From positions 1,536,001-1,600,000 of the forward strand of contig CAWCYI010000006.1 of NCBI GenBank assembly GCA_963799845.1: a stretch of 64,000 nucleotides of DNA. The letters are read 5' to 3'. Below, piece after piece: positions 19,351-30,078 of this stretch. The position numbers and the translations under genes are program-made. Position 1 is the first letter of the stretch; each line of letters starts with the position of its first letter. The DNA is from an uncultured Nitrososphaerota archaeon (GTDB lineage Archaea > Thermoproteota > Nitrososphaeria > Nitrososphaerales > CADDZS01). Under the pieces are notes generated by a model. It made no database searches and was not told the origin of the DNA. It saw only the letters and a program-made list of their open reading frames with translations.

Positions 19351-20078
19351 GACTCGCACCGCAATTAGGGCAGAACTTGGTCGCAGGGTCGTCAATCCTG
19401 ATCCCACACTGCGGACAGTATCGAGCGGTCGCCTGGGTTGTTGACGAAGGAGGATTTACAGGAACAGCTGAAGCTGGAGGAGTACTCTTGGACCAGCCAA
19501 CAAATTGGTGCCCGCTGCGATGTCTCTTTTCAAAGCCGTCCTGAGTCCAGAAACCTAACACTCCCATCAGGATGGAAATAACTAGAGCAACCAAGATGGG
19601 AAAATGGAAGAATGCGAGCGCGCGGAAAAGGAGCAAACTCCCGAATACCACGGTTGCAAGAGATAGCAACTTCATCGAGAGGACAACTCCGAGGATGAAG
19701 AATACAACACCAACGATTACAGAGACAGTGTAAACGTGGACAAATGTTTGAGCTGAGATCGTATGCTACGAGACCGCTGGCCACCCCGATTGCGAGCGGG
19801 AGAAGAACGAAGCTCAGGAAACCGCCGACGAGAAAACCGATTGCCCCGCCGATAACGAAGCCGACGATTCCCAGAATTGCGGCGCCGACAGAAGCTGCAG
19901 CCGCGGCAAACACTACCCCGACTCCGAAAAATGCGACCACCCTGATCACAAAGCGCCCGGCAAAAATCAGAGCCAGGGCCACCACGAGCACGACCAAGGC
20001 AGAACTGACCGAGGCTATCCTTGGGATAATAGTGATGATCGCTAAAGCTGCGATTTCTTCCAAATTCTGCGGAATCAA
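19343..20078 (-). CDS. Multi-TM membrane protein with C-terminal zinc ribbon (frameshifted near 19750)
   Basis: Gly-rich TM ORF 19530-20078 joined to ORF 19343-19675 ending YCPQCG...FCPNCG. Confidence 0.7.
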
Positions 20079-20333
20079 TTACCCTCAGAATTAACGTTAG
20101 CGATCCGAAGTATTTTTCATTTTATCCCAATCGGGCATCGAATTGGATTCTGTTAAGTTAGAGTACATACTAAAGGGAATATGACCCCTTCTAAAGGCAT
20201 GAAAATTCGAGATAAACAATGGAGCGTTCCTCTTCGTTTCCATGTTCAAAGTGTACAGACGAATCACTCTTGACGAAGTAAGAGCCATACGAGACGAGAT
20301 CGAAAAGAGAGTTATTGAGCCTTCCAAACAGAA

Positions 20334-20996
20334 CTAAATTTTCTTGACGGCTTTGATATGCGAGCTATAGTACGGGAAGGGGTACTCCCCGATATTTGTC
20401 GTTGAGACATGATCGATAGAGACATTTTGAAACCCGGCCGCTTCAAGCAAACTAGCATATTCAGAGTCTGTTAATGCTCCAGCAATGCAAGCTGACCACG
20501 AATCCATATCCTTTAGAGCTTCTTCGGGAATCTCTTTCGGCAGAGTTACATCTGCTACCGCAAATGTACCGTTTTTCTTCAGTACTCGATATGATTCTCT
20601 AAAAACTTGAAGTTTATCCGGGGATAGGTTGATCACGCAATTTGAAATTACATAATCAATAGAGCTTGAGGCAACTGGTAGATGTTCGATTTCTCCTAAT
20701 CTGAACTCTGCATTTCGGTACTTATCTCCGTACTTTCTAGCAGTATCTCTAGCTCTCCAAATCATTTCCGCGGTTGCATCAATCCCGATAGCCTTTCCGC
20801 TTTCGCCTATGATTTGTGAAGCTCGGAAAACATCGATACCGCCGCCGCTTCCGAGATCAATAACCGAATCGCCTTCCTTCAAAGTCACAAGCTGAAGAGG
20901 AGAACCACAACCGGCATTAATGGAGCTAGCCTCAACCGGGATTTCTTCTCCGATCTGGAGTTCGTGAAGTTCATCAGATGGCGTATTCAGAGCCAC
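20334..20996 (-). CDS. arsM: Arsenite S-adenosylmethionine methyltransferase
   Basis: GCGSP, DLGSGGGID, ISNCVINL, WSACIAGAL. Confidence 0.85.
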   Translation of the reverse strand: MALNTPSDELHELQIGEEIPVEASSINAGCGSPLQLVTLKEGDSVIDLGSGGGIDVFRASQIIGESGKAIGIDATAEMIWRARDTARKYGDKYRNAEFRLGEIEHLPVASSSIDYVISNCVINLSPDKLQVFRESYRVLKKNGTFAVADVTLPKEIPEEALKDMDSWSACIAGALTDSEYASLLEAAGFQNVSIDHVSTTNIGEYPFPYYSSHIKAVKKI

Positions 20997-21015
20997 GTGG
21001 TTTATCGCCGAAATA

Positions 21016-21417
21016 ATGTCCTCTCCCAGAATATCCGAGCGATAGGCTCACAAGGGGCATATCAAATACAGGGCAAGCGACTTTTTCGGGGTTCGAAATC
21101 TAGTCTATTTTTATGATCCGGAACGCAAGGAATTAATCGAAAAGCGTCTGGGGAGCCGGTTCCTCTCAAGAAATCCTATTCCTTCAAGAGCGAAAAGAAT
21201 AGCTTTTACAAAACTCTTACACAATCATTCTCTTCATTGGAAAGAGTGCGGGCATGCTAACGCACGCGAAGGCAATGTAAGACCAAGAAAGCAATGTCCA
21301 ATCTGCAAAGGTTTTGTCCATTCTAACGATTGTCCTAAGAAACAAAAACGTAGGCAGAAACTCCTAACTCCAGAAATTCTAGAAAGGTTCCGGCAACTTA
21401 CAGATGCCAGATCCTAA
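21016..21417 (+). CDS. Putative basic zinc-finger protein missed by the ORF track (in-frame TAG at codon 10)
   Basis: Open frame 21046-21417 with HWKECGH and CPICKGFVHSNDCP; upstream ATG 21016 separated by TAG 21043-21045. Confidence 0.35.
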
Positions 21418-21731
21418 TTTTTGACGGGATCAGTAACCCCAATTTGAAACTTTCAGAGATTGTGATCCGATAGGCTATTGTTTTGGCTTTGTTCATCGTC
21501 TGTTTTTCCCCGTATTAACTGGGAGACCGAAAGAAAGTTAAGATATCATTTCAGGAAGAAAGACAGTCCAATTCTCAAAGGACTTCTGATTCAAAGGGAC
21601 AGAGAAATATTTGTCGAGTTTTTTTTCTAGAGATGAAGAAGTCGTAAAACGGGAGATAAAGGAAAAACTTCTGAGTGGCTGGCTAATCGTTAGTGGTAAC
21701 GATGAGCTGAATTGAGCTGTTTGAAAAAACT

Positions 21732-22037
21732 GTGTATCCTCCGGACACGCCCAAGAACAGTGATTTTGTTCTATATTTAGGAGAGACTTTTTCGAAGAAA
21801 AAACCTAGAATCGGTTACCTCTACCTTGAAAGGAAGAACGAAGATCTTTTTTCCTTTCTGAAACGATTAGATGTGACTTTAACTGATGAACAGGAGCGAG
21901 TTATTGAAATTCACCTAATACCTGCAGAACTTGAGTTTGCAGACATGGCGGTCGTAATTGATTACATCCAGGAGCCTACGACCACACAGTGTGATGTTGA
22001 GGCCGTGATGGATAGATTCCTCAGTAGCGGAAATTAA
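21732..22037 (+). CDS. Hypothetical protein
   Basis: 101-aa ORF with protein-like composition. Confidence 0.45.
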   Translation: MYPPDTPKNSDFVLYLGETFSKKKPRIGYLYLERKNEDLFSFLKRLDVTLTDEQERVIEIHLIPAELEFADMAVVIDYIQEPTTTQCDVEAVMDRFLSSGN

Positions 22038-22062
22038 GCTAAATTGAATTATTTCTGATTCT

Positions 22063-22575
22063 TCAAATCTTGTGGTGAATCCATCTGCTTGTGTGAAACG
22101 TTGAGTCGTTGACCCAGTCAGGCCAGCCGCCCCCAAGCGTCGGTGAGAAGGCTTCTCTGTGTTGATCTACAATCAGATGGAAAAGTTGGCGGATATTTGG
22201 GGTAAAACCCGGCCAGGTCTTCTTTAGACTCCCACTCTGCGAGATAACGTTGCTAATTCCGAACAACTGGACGAGAGCTATCTGACTAGGCATCTCGGAA
22301 TCGCGAGTTTCCAGATTATGATTTAGACGCAGATAGGCGCTCACAGCATAAGTTACAGCAGCTTTAATCGTAGCTTTGTTCTTACTTGCGAACATAATTG
22401 GATCAGAAAGGTATAACCGAGCCAGGACTTTCAGAATTGATTTTGCATTGCTTTCGCTGAAACCAAATCGTATGAGCTCTGAGAAAAATATCTCGGGCTC
22501 AATCCGCCAGCACAAGAGAATTTCTTCTTTGGTGAGCCCCAACGGTTCCGACGGTATGTCCGCCAAAAGAATCAC
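22063..22575 (-). CDS. Hypothetical protein with TFB/cyclin-repeat-like segment
   Basis: 'IKAAVTYAVSAYL...PSQIALVQLFGISNV' resembles the second TFIIB cyclin repeat. Confidence 0.45.
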   Translation of the reverse strand: MILLADIPSEPLGLTKEEILLCWRIEPEIFFSELIRFGFSESNAKSILKVLARLYLSDPIMFASKNKATIKAAVTYAVSAYLRLNHNLETRDSEMPSQIALVQLFGISNVISQSGSLKKTWPGFTPNIRQLFHLIVDQHREAFSPTLGGGWPDWVNDSTFHTSRWIHHKI

Positions 22576-22712
22576 CTATGAGATGATGACTACGCGAAAA
22601 GATTGTGCAATCCCAATTCCTAAACCGAAATTCACTTGATTTTCTGCATTCGATAATGTGGGCCCTTTGGGAGACTTCAATAATTCACAATGAGAGGAAC
22701 GATTCTCTCGTC

Positions 22713-23348
22713 TTATTTTCTTGGACTTCTTTCGCCTGTTACAATGTAGACCACAGATTCGCCTATGTATGCACAATGATCTGATATTCTTTCGAGATAT
22801 CTCATAATTAAAATGGTGGAAACCGCGCACTTGATATCTGGATTTGATTGTTTTATCGCACTCGAGACACTCGCTCGATACTTCTCATCTACGTAATCAT
22901 CCATCTTCGCAATACTTTTCGCAAGATCGACGTCCTTCTTTGTAAAGGCATCAATGCTCATACGAATCATCTCCTCTGTCGTCTTTGATGTCAATTCTAC
23001 AATTGTGTGATCACAGTTTGGAACATTTCCAACAGTCTCGAGCACCTCAGCAATATCGAGGGCGTAACGCCCTAATCGCGAAAAACCGTACGAGATCTCC
23101 AAGCAGGATTGGATGAATCGAAGATCCGACGCGACCGGTTGATAGCGTGCGATTATTTCTGTTCCAAGTTCGTCCACGTCATCTTCGCGAGCTCTGAGCT
23201 CGTCTGACCACGCGCGAATCTCCGGTAGGACGCTCCTTCCATTTTCGTACGCCTCAATGGATGTCGAGACTGATTTTTCAGAGAGCTCGGCCATGCTGAG
23301 CAAGGTATCGTTAAGTCGCTCTAGCCCTACATCCATCAGCCTTGGCAA
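22713..23348 (-). CDS. phoU: Phosphate signalling/uptake regulator PhoU
   Basis: 'ARYQPVASDLR', 'DDYVD', 'RYLERISDHC'; follows pstB. Confidence 0.92.
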   Translation of the reverse strand: MPRLMDVGLERLNDTLLSMAELSEKSVSTSIEAYENGRSVLPEIRAWSDELRAREDDVDELGTEIIARYQPVASDLRFIQSCLEISYGFSRLGRYALDIAEVLETVGNVPNCDHTIVELTSKTTEEMIRMSIDAFTKKDVDLAKSIAKMDDYVDEKYRASVSSAIKQSNPDIKCAVSTILIMRYLERISDHCAYIGESVVYIVTGERSPRK

Positions 23349-23403
23349 ATCGGCTATCTATGACTCCTTTGTCTAGTCGAAGTCGGATTATATCGCGATG
23401 TCC

Positions 23404-24237
23404 TTATCCGAATTTACCGGTAATGTACCGCTCAGTCAATTCATTCTTGGGATTTTCGAACATTACGTGAGTATCATCGAATTCGATAAGATCTCCGAGG
23501 TACATGAAGGCTGTATAGTCAGCGACCCTCGCCGCTTGCTGCATGTTGTGAGTCACGATAACAATCGTGTATTCGTTTTCGAGCTGGACCATCATTTCTT
23601 CTATCTTCTGGGTTGCGTTCGGATCAAGCGCGGAGCATGGCTCGTCCATCAATATGATTTCGGGTTCTACTGCGAGTGCTCTGGCGATGCACAATCTCTG
23701 TTGCTGACCTCCGGAGAGCCGGGCACCCGACTCTTTCATCCTGTCCTTCACTTCTTCCCATAGAAATGAGAGTTTGAGGGACCTTTCAACCGCTTCGTTG
23801 AGACGCTTTCGATCTCGAACTCCATTTAGTTTGAGTCCTGCCGCCACATTGTCGTAGATCGACATCGTTGGAAATGGATTTGCCTTTTGAAAAACCATGC
23901 CGATTCTCTGCCTAACTCTGACGGCATCCATATATGACGCGTAGATGTTCTCGCCGTCCAGAAGAATCTCGCCTTCGACCCGAGCTGTGGGTGTAAGTTC
24001 ATGCATCCTGTTCATGCACCGCAAAAGTGTAGATTTTCCGCAGCCGGAGGGACCGATGATTGCAGTGATTTTTCTTTCTGGGATCTTGACGTTGATGCCT
24101 TTCAAGGCTTCTGTTTTGCTAAAGAATGCCTTGAGACTTCTGACTTCCAATTTGGGCTGTCCGCTTGCCGGAGGCATTTCTCTCTTGATTTCCTCGGCAC
24201 CTTGCATTTGGCCCAACTCCGTCACGATCATCGACAT
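23404..24237 (-). CDS. pstB: Phosphate ABC transporter ATPase
   Basis: [42 protein letters not shown]. Confidence 0.97.
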   Translation of the reverse strand: MSMIVTELGQMQGAEEIKREMPPASGQPKLEVRSLKAFFSKTEALKGINVKIPERKITAIIGPSGCGKSTLLRCMNRMHELTPTARVEGEILLDGENIYASYMDAVRVRQRIGMVFQKANPFPTMSIYDNVAAGLKLNGVRDRKRLNEAVERSLKLSFLWEEVKDRMKESGARLSGGQQQRLCIARALAVEPEIILMDEPCSALDPNATQKIEEMMVQLENEYTIVIVTHNMQQAARVADYTAFMYLGDLIEFDDTHVMFENPKNELTERYITGKFG

Positions 24238-24240
24238 ATC

Positions 24241-25104
24241 TTACTCAACTACTGTAATGAATTTACCTCTTGTTAGGGCCTTTACTGAAAGATTCAAGGC
24301 CAGCACTACCAAGATTAGAACTAGAGATGCACCCCAGGCCTTGTCCTGCCAATCTCTGAACGGGGATATCCCGTAAGTGTAAATCAGAAGAGGGAGCGCG
24401 GCAGTGGGTTGCAATAGACCAGTCAGCGCAAGCGTGCTTCCGAGAGCTGTAAGCAATAGTGGAGCAGTTTCCCCCGCAGCTCTTGCAACGGACAACAAAA
24501 CTCCCGTAATTAGGCCACCGCGGCCTGTGCTCAATACAACCCGTGTAATGGTCCTCCAACGCGAAACTCCCAAAGCCATGGAAGCCTCCCGCAGTGATCT
24601 TGGGACAAGCTTCAACGACTCCTCGGTCGTCCTGGCAATAATTGGAATCATGATGATTGCGAGAGCAAAACCGCCCGCAAGAGCCGAAAAAGTATGAGTA
24701 GTGAGAACGATTATCACGTATACGAATATTCCGATTACGATCGATGGGAATTCGGCCAAAACGTCGTTCGTGAAACTTGCAAATACTGCGAATCTCATTT
24801 CTGCCCATTCAGAAAGAAAAATGCCTGCTCCTATTCCAATGGGAAGCGAGATCAAAGAAGCGAAAGCAACCATCACGAAGCTGCCTTCGATCGCGTTTAC
24901 TACTCCCCCTCCTGCAACGTTGACGGGAGTCGGTAGCTTGGTAAGAAATGTCAGATTTATTTCTGGCGCGCCCTTGATTATGACATCAGCCAGAATAAAG
25001 AAGAGAGGGATTATTGCGACAACTACAGCTGCAAAGATAGCGCCGATTGCTATGCGGTTTATGATCTTTCTCACCGCTACGTTTGATTTTTGTTTTGTTT
25101 CCAT
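24241..25104 (-). CDS. pstA: Phosphate ABC transporter permease PstA
   Basis: PSIVIG, REASMALG, ARAAGETAPLL. Confidence 0.95.
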   Translation of the reverse strand: METKQKSNVAVRKIINRIAIGAIFAAVVVAIIPLFFILADVIIKGAPEINLTFLTKLPTPVNVAGGGVVNAIEGSFVMVAFASLISLPIGIGAGIFLSEWAEMRFAVFASFTNDVLAEFPSIVIGIFVYVIIVLTTHTFSALAGGFALAIIMIPIIARTTEESLKLVPRSLREASMALGVSRWRTITRVVLSTGRGGLITGVLLSVARAAGETAPLLLTALGSTLALTGLLQPTAALPLLIYTYGISPFRDWQDKAWGASLVLILVVLALNLSVKALTRGKFITVVE

Positions 25105-25115
25105 TTTCTCCCCGT

Positions 25116-26085
25116 CTAAGTCCTAACCTTGCTGAATCTGGTGATACGCCAGACCAGAAACCTTGCAAAAACATTGATGACGAGCGCGAGAAGGAATAGA
25201 GTCAAGCCGATTTCAATCAGAGATGAAATGTAAATCGGAGAAGCAGACTTCTGTAAACTCGTTCGCAATTACACTAGCCAAAGTATATCCAGGATGTAAA
25301 AGAGAGGCCGTAATGCTTGGGATATTTCCGATCACCATCGTGACGGCCATTGTTTCACCTACGGCGCGGCCAAGTCCGAGGATTATCGCGCCAAATAGAC
25401 CAGATCTGGCGTATGGAAGAACGCTATGCCTTACTGTTTCCCACCTCGTCGCTCCGAGTCCGATCATCACTTCTCTCTGACTACTGGGCACTGCCCTCAA
25501 CACTTCTCTGGAGATAGCAGAGACGGTCGGAATTATCATGATCGAGAGAATAATTCCTGCAGTCAAGAAATCCAATCCGAATGGAGTTCCCTTGAAGACT
25601 GGAAGGAAACCGAGGTATTGGTGGAGTGGCTTTTCGATGTAATCCCGTACAATCGGGCTTAGGATGAAAAGTGCCCACAAACCGTAAACGACGCTCGGAA
25701 CTGCGGCTAGCAACTCGACGATTGAACCCAAGAAATCAGCGGCCCTCCTTCTCTCCCTCATGATCTCTGACAGGAAAAGCGCGACACCCAAGCTAATTGG
25801 AACGCCAATAATTAGGGCAATTACCGATGTTAAGATAGTCCCGTAGACGAAGGGGAGCGCCCCGAACACACTTGTGACTGGATTCCAGACGGTACTAGTG
25901 AAAAAACCGAGTCCAAATTTCGAAAGGGATTGGCTCGATCCCTGTATGAGTTCTACTGCAAGAGCCGCCAAGAGGACTACGATGGCAATAGCTGCCGCCA
26001 TTACGAGGCCCTTGAAGATGCCGTCGCCGAGTTTTAAGCGAGTCCGGGGTTGTTTCTCCTTTACGGCTTCAGGCAGCTGTGCCAT
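25116..26085 (-). CDS. pstC: Phosphate ABC transporter permease PstC (frameshift near 25230-25250)
   Basis: ELLAAVPSVVYGLW, GRAVGETMAV; last TM 'LIEIGLTLFLLALVINVFARFLVWR...' lies in another frame ending at 25116. Confidence 0.92.
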
Positions 26086-26127
26086 AAAGAATCATATTCG
26101 CTCCAAGATTACAATAAAAGAAAAGAG

Positions 26128-26146
26128 TGGAGGTAAAGCTCCTCCA
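26128..26146 (-). terminator. Hairpin followed by T-tract between pstS and pstC
   Basis: TGGAGG-N7-CCTCCA, then CTCTTTTCTTTT on the minus strand. Confidence 0.5.
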
Positions 26147-26167
26147 GATTTCTATTCTGTCGAGTCT

Positions 26168-27418
26168 CTACATCGGTGGAGTGGTGAATGCCTGTCCGTT
26201 GTAGTTCATTGAACTGATTGTTGCATCGTCGATAGTAACAACCGAGGCTGGCAAGGGGATATAGCCGAGACCGCCGGCAGCGACATTGTTAGTATTGACT
26301 ATCCACCACAGAAAGTTGACGAGCGCCTGTCCTGTTACTTGATTTGTCTGTCCGCGGTAGACCATGATGTATGTGAATGTGGTAATTGGATACGCATTTG
26401 TTGCAGTCGTGTTGCTGAAAATTGTATCAACTATTGAGACGTTCGTCCAGCTCTGATTCCCGGCTGGGAGTTTCTCTGATGCTGCTGCTGCAACCGCGGC
26501 TGCTGCTGTCGTCGAATTCGCAAGTATGAAATTGCCCGCCGCATTTTGGACTTCACCATAGGTAAGCTTGTCAGAAGTAGCGTACGCAGATTCCATGTAT
26601 CCTAGAGAGTATTTGTTACCCTGGATAACCCCACTGACTCCTTCGCTTCCCTTCGCACCAATACTAGATGCTACAGGCGGCCAACTGACTGAGGTGGCCT
26701 TACCAACTGTCGTGTTCCATACTGAACTGGCGTGGGACAGATAATCGGTCCAGACAAAAGTCGTTCCGCTGCCATCAGATCTGTGGACAACAAAGATCGT
26801 GTTGTTTGGCAGATTGACTCCCGGGTTCAATTGTACAAGCGCAGGATCATTCCAGGTTGTGATCTTTCCAAGATAAATGTCAGCGAGAACCGTTCCGTTG
26901 AATTTCAGTCCGGTTGCTATTCCGGGTAGATTGTAAGCAGGGACCACGGCTCCGGCAATCTCTGGTATCTGCAGTATGCCTTGTGAAGAGAGATTGCCAT
27001 ATTGAGCTGCACTCAGTGGCGCGTCGCTTGCACCAAAGTTCACTGTTTTTGCCGTGATCTGGGCAATTCCCGCTCCGCTGCCAACGCTTGCGTAATTAAT
27101 GCGAACATTTGGATTCAGAATCGTGTAGTTATACGTCCAACTAGACATTAGCGGAAATACCAAGGTCGAGCCTGCCCCGTTGAGAGTAACGGAAGGCCCA
27201 GCCGACGAAGCGACGGTGGCTGTGGATGTCGTACCGGTGGTAACTACAGATGTAACATTGGTTGAAAAAGTCGAAGTAACTGTCTTAGTTCCGCCTGACA
27301 CTGCAACATAGGCACCTACTATAATGATTAGGATCACGATAACGACTACTGCAACTAGTACCGTGGTTGCAAGAGCGCTACGTTTACCGAATTTTTTCCC
27401 TGAAAGAGATCTAGTCAT
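26168..27418 (-). CDS. pstS: Phosphate ABC transporter substrate-binding protein
   Basis: GAGST, GSGAG, FGASDAPL, HRSDGSGTT, AYPI; N-terminal anchor and S/T-rich linker. Confidence 0.97.
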   Translation of the reverse strand: MTRSLSGKKFGKRSALATTVLVAVVVIVILIIIVGAYVAVSGGTKTVTSTFSTNVTSVVTTGTTSTATVASSAGPSVTLNGAGSTLVFPLMSSWTYNYTILNPNVRINYASVGSGAGIAQITAKTVNFGASDAPLSAAQYGNLSSQGILQIPEIAGAVVPAYNLPGIATGLKFNGTVLADIYLGKITTWNDPALVQLNPGVNLPNNTIFVVHRSDGSGTTFVWTDYLSHASSVWNTTVGKATSVSWPPVASSIGAKGSEGVSGVIQGNKYSLGYMESAYATSDKLTYGEVQNAAGNFILANSTTAAAAVAAAASEKLPAGNQSWTNVSIVDTIFSNTTATNAYPITTFTYIMVYRGQTNQVTGQALVNFLWWIVNTNNVAAGGLGYIPLPASVVTIDDATISSMNYNGQAFTTPPM

Positions 27419-27498
27419 TTATGACACAGGAAAACGGGATTTTATTCGGGAAATATGTATGATGAAAATAGAATAATTGGACTATATTGGTTAACGTA

Positions 27499-27510
27499 TA
27501 CTATATAGTA
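27499..27510. promoter_or_regulatory. 12-bp palindrome upstream of pstS (candidate operator)
   Basis: TACTATATAGTA about 80 bp upstream of the pstS start, with half-site ACTATAT at 27481. Confidence 0.4.
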
Positions 27511-27728
27511 GGCACGACCCTCGCTTGATCAGGACATGAAAATCTTGTTGGCCTGACGAACATTTCAGAGATCAAAGAAACTATTATTCCTGAACATTCC
27601 TGAACATTCATCCACGACGTTTCAGATAAACGACCTCTTATTGTCACGTACAGATCCAATCAACATAAACGTCATTAGCGACGGCCGTATACACGTTCAA
27701 GCTTACAAAGGTTGGGAACTCATTCCGC

Positions 27729-27983
27729 GTGACCATACCAAGACCTGCGTGTGACGGGCTTGGATGGAAACTGGGCAACAAGTTACTTCTTACTGTGGGA
27801 GAACATTCTATCACAATTACAAAAGCACCTACCCGCCATGCGAAGCCGATTTCCAAATCTCTCAGTGGTCCATACATCATTTCCAGTGATCGACAAACTG
27901 AAGAACGACTTCGGACTTGGAAGTTTGAATCAGTCAATAGTAAGAGGAAGGGCGCCGCCCCAAAATTACAAAGGATAATTTAA
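27729..27983 (+). CDS. AbrB/MazE/SpoVT family DNA-binding protein (frame extends upstream to about 27675)
   Basis: In-frame upstream 'FKLTKVGNSFRVTIPRPACDGLGWKLGNKL'. Confidence 0.7.
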   Translation: MTIPRPACDGLGWKLGNKLLLTVGEHSITITKAPTRHAKPISKSLSGPYIISSDRQTEERLRTWKFESVNSKRKGAAPKLQRII

Positions 27984-28143
27984 TCTTCCCCAACTGACTT
28001 TCGTTCTCTGGATCGTGCAAATACAATATAAAAGTAGTCAGATCCTATAGGAGAATCTATTGAAATTCTCATCATATTGCACTTCTCGATCTAAAGAAAA
28101 CGGATTGTTGATGGAACCAAATCGCTCACAATTCAAATGAAAA

Positions 28144-28578
28144 TTACCACCTGATGAAGAGGCCGCGGTGACGAAGTTCGCTGTCGATTTCGTCTTTCCT
28201 AGATTTCAAGTGTTTGGCAAAATCAAGCAAATTATTATCGGGCCACTGTCGAAGCTCCTTTGGGGTCAACAACCGATTATAAATTGGATCTGAGGAAATT
28301 GAATTGTTTAGGAAATCGTCAATCTTTCGAATCCCAAATGTTTCGATCTTTCCAGTGACATAAACTTTTAGGGCATCCCTTATCACCGCCGTCAGATTAC
28401 TACCCTCATTCTTGGCGATCAAAATAGCTGCATCAAGAGTACCTTTATCAGATTCCCTGAAAGTTTGAGGATGAACGTATCTTGGTTTTAGAGTCATGAC
28501 TTCCCACCTAATGCAGTCACGTACGACGTGCATGCAGTACATACAATTCACTGACATGAATGGTAATTTTTTTTTCAA
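28144..28578 (-). CDS. RHH-like hypothetical protein
   Basis: 'IAKNEGSNLTAVIRDALKVYV' ribbon-helix-helix pattern. Confidence 0.55.
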   Translation of the reverse strand: MKKKLPFMSVNCMYCMHVVRDCIRWEVMTLKPRYVHPQTFRESDKGTLDAAILIAKNEGSNLTAVIRDALKVYVTGKIETFGIRKIDDFLNNSISSDPIYNRLLTPKELRQWPDNNLLDFAKHLKSRKDEIDSELRHRGLFIRW

Positions 28579-28600
28579 TCCAATGCACCTTTCTTTAGGT

Positions 28601-28828
28601 TCATCGATTATCGAGCTCGATAATCACGGCATCATGCATCGAGTAACGCGGTCTCCAATTTTCTTTCTCCCTCAGGGCTCTTGCCAAACCTAATGGGGTG
28701 CTTGTCGGAGCCTTGGATGTTATTCTTCGTACGGTTTTCTTCCCCTTACGCGATTTATCGTCCATGCGGGTTGTCACCCCATTCATGTTTGCCCCTCTTT
28801 GGATCTCGGTTTTCAAAAGTTCTTTCAT
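28601..28828 (-). CDS. Small basic hypothetical protein
   Basis: K/R-rich ORF directly upstream of and co-oriented with the RHH-like gene. Confidence 0.35.
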   Translation of the reverse strand: MKELLKTEIQRGANMNGVTTRMDDKSRKGKKTVRRITSKAPTSTPLGLARALREKENWRPRYSMHDAVIIELDNR

Positions 28829-29059
28829 TTTCAGATTTCAGGGGACTCGCCAGGCTCTTACCGAGCCATTAGCCTTGTCGTCTGATCAATCAGACCTAGC
28901 CTGCAAAATTGTTGTCCTGGGAGTTATTCCAGAGGTACTATCAAAATTAAGTCAATAACTGCGCTCCTCTATTCCCTAACGAAAGACGCGACAGTTGCAC
29001 CAACCAACTCGAAAGCCTGCAATAGGCTCCGAAAAGAGGGCGGGGTGAGATCGATGCCG

Positions 29060-29442
29060 GCGATCCATTTTTCAAGATAAAGCCAGCCGGTGGGCCTCGT
29101 GATCTGTCGGCAAACCATGATAAATACCTCTATCCAGCAGGACTGCGTCGCCGGTCACCGAGAAGATCTAGATGAGACTTTTTGTGGATACGTCAGACTC
29201 TTCTTGCCCTGGTCAATTCCAAGGACGACAATCACGCGTCAGCAACGGAGTTTAGGGAACGTTTGAGAGCGGGGAGGACTCAATTCAACCTGCTTATTAT
29301 TTCGAACTACATCTTTGACGAAACCATCACTTTACTTGGGAGAAGAATCACCTGCATGTCATTAAGTGTCTGGTCTCCGTGGCTTCGTATTATCAATTCT
29401 GATAATCGTGTCTCCGTTATTTATGGTCGATTTTTGCGCTAA
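29060..29442 (+). pseudogene. Decayed VapBC toxin-antitoxin pair
   Basis: Antitoxin tail 'DPFFKIKP...DLSANHDKYLY'; PIN start 'MRLFVDTS' at 29172 frameshifting into 'LLALVNSKDDNHASA...NYIFDETITLL', then truncated. Confidence 0.7.
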
Positions 29443-29517
29443 TCTTCTAGCGATTATGGAATCTTTTCGGAAAGAGGATAATATTCGCAGGATTATTCAA
29501 AGGTCTGATGTTAGAGG

Positions 29518-29847
29518 ATGCAAAAGCTAGTAGAATCTGAAATTCGCACTCCGCTAGAAGCAAGTGAAACGCGGACTCGGGACAAATTGGTGGAAGTCCC
29601 GGTTTGTCCTAGCTGTGGACTGGAACTTCGCAAAAATTACAAAGGGCAGTGGTTCTGCCTAGAGTGCAATGTCTCTTTCGCCGACTCGAAACTGTCGTTG
29701 CGTATAGCCGAAGAAAAAGCAGAGTTTCTGGTCTTCTCTGGGCTCCGTGATCAACTGAAGGCAGATGACCTAGTCGATCCAAGATTCGCAACCACCAATG
29801 AAGTCTGGCAGGTCGATGATAATGAAGGAGCAAACGTAGGAGACTAA
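29518..29847 (+). CDS. Zinc-ribbon protein
   Basis: CPSCG...WFCLEC. Confidence 0.6.
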   Translation: MQKLVESEIRTPLEASETRTRDKLVEVPVCPSCGLELRKNYKGQWFCLECNVSFADSKLSLRIAEEKAEFLVFSGLRDQLKADDLVDPRFATTNEVWQVDDNEGANVGD

Positions 29848-30078
29848 ATGCCTATAGCATTCGTTCTAGTCAACGTCGAAGCAGGTTTGGAGGATGAAAC
29901 CATCCGGGAGTTAAAAGGCACGGAGAACATCAGGGAAGTCTATTTGGTTTATGGAGTGTATGATTTTGTGGTAAAGGTGGAAGATGAAACACTGCAGAAA
30001 GTCAAAGAAACAATTACATCGAAGATAAGAAAGACAGACATGATCAGATCCGCTCAGACTCTCATGATTTCTAACTAA
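29848..30078 (+). CDS. Stand-alone Lrp/AsnC ligand-binding domain protein
   Basis: AFVLVNVEAG...VYGVYDFVVKVE...KIRK...TL. Confidence 0.9.
   Translation: MPIAFVLVNVEAGLEDETIRELKGTENIREVYLVYGVYDFVVKVEDETLQKVKETITSKIRKTDMIRSAQTLMISN

Noticed and set aside
20144-20337. Selenoprotein from two in-frame TGA codons upstream of the arsC-like fragment
   Set aside because: No recognisable redox motif or SECIS; simpler as decayed sequence
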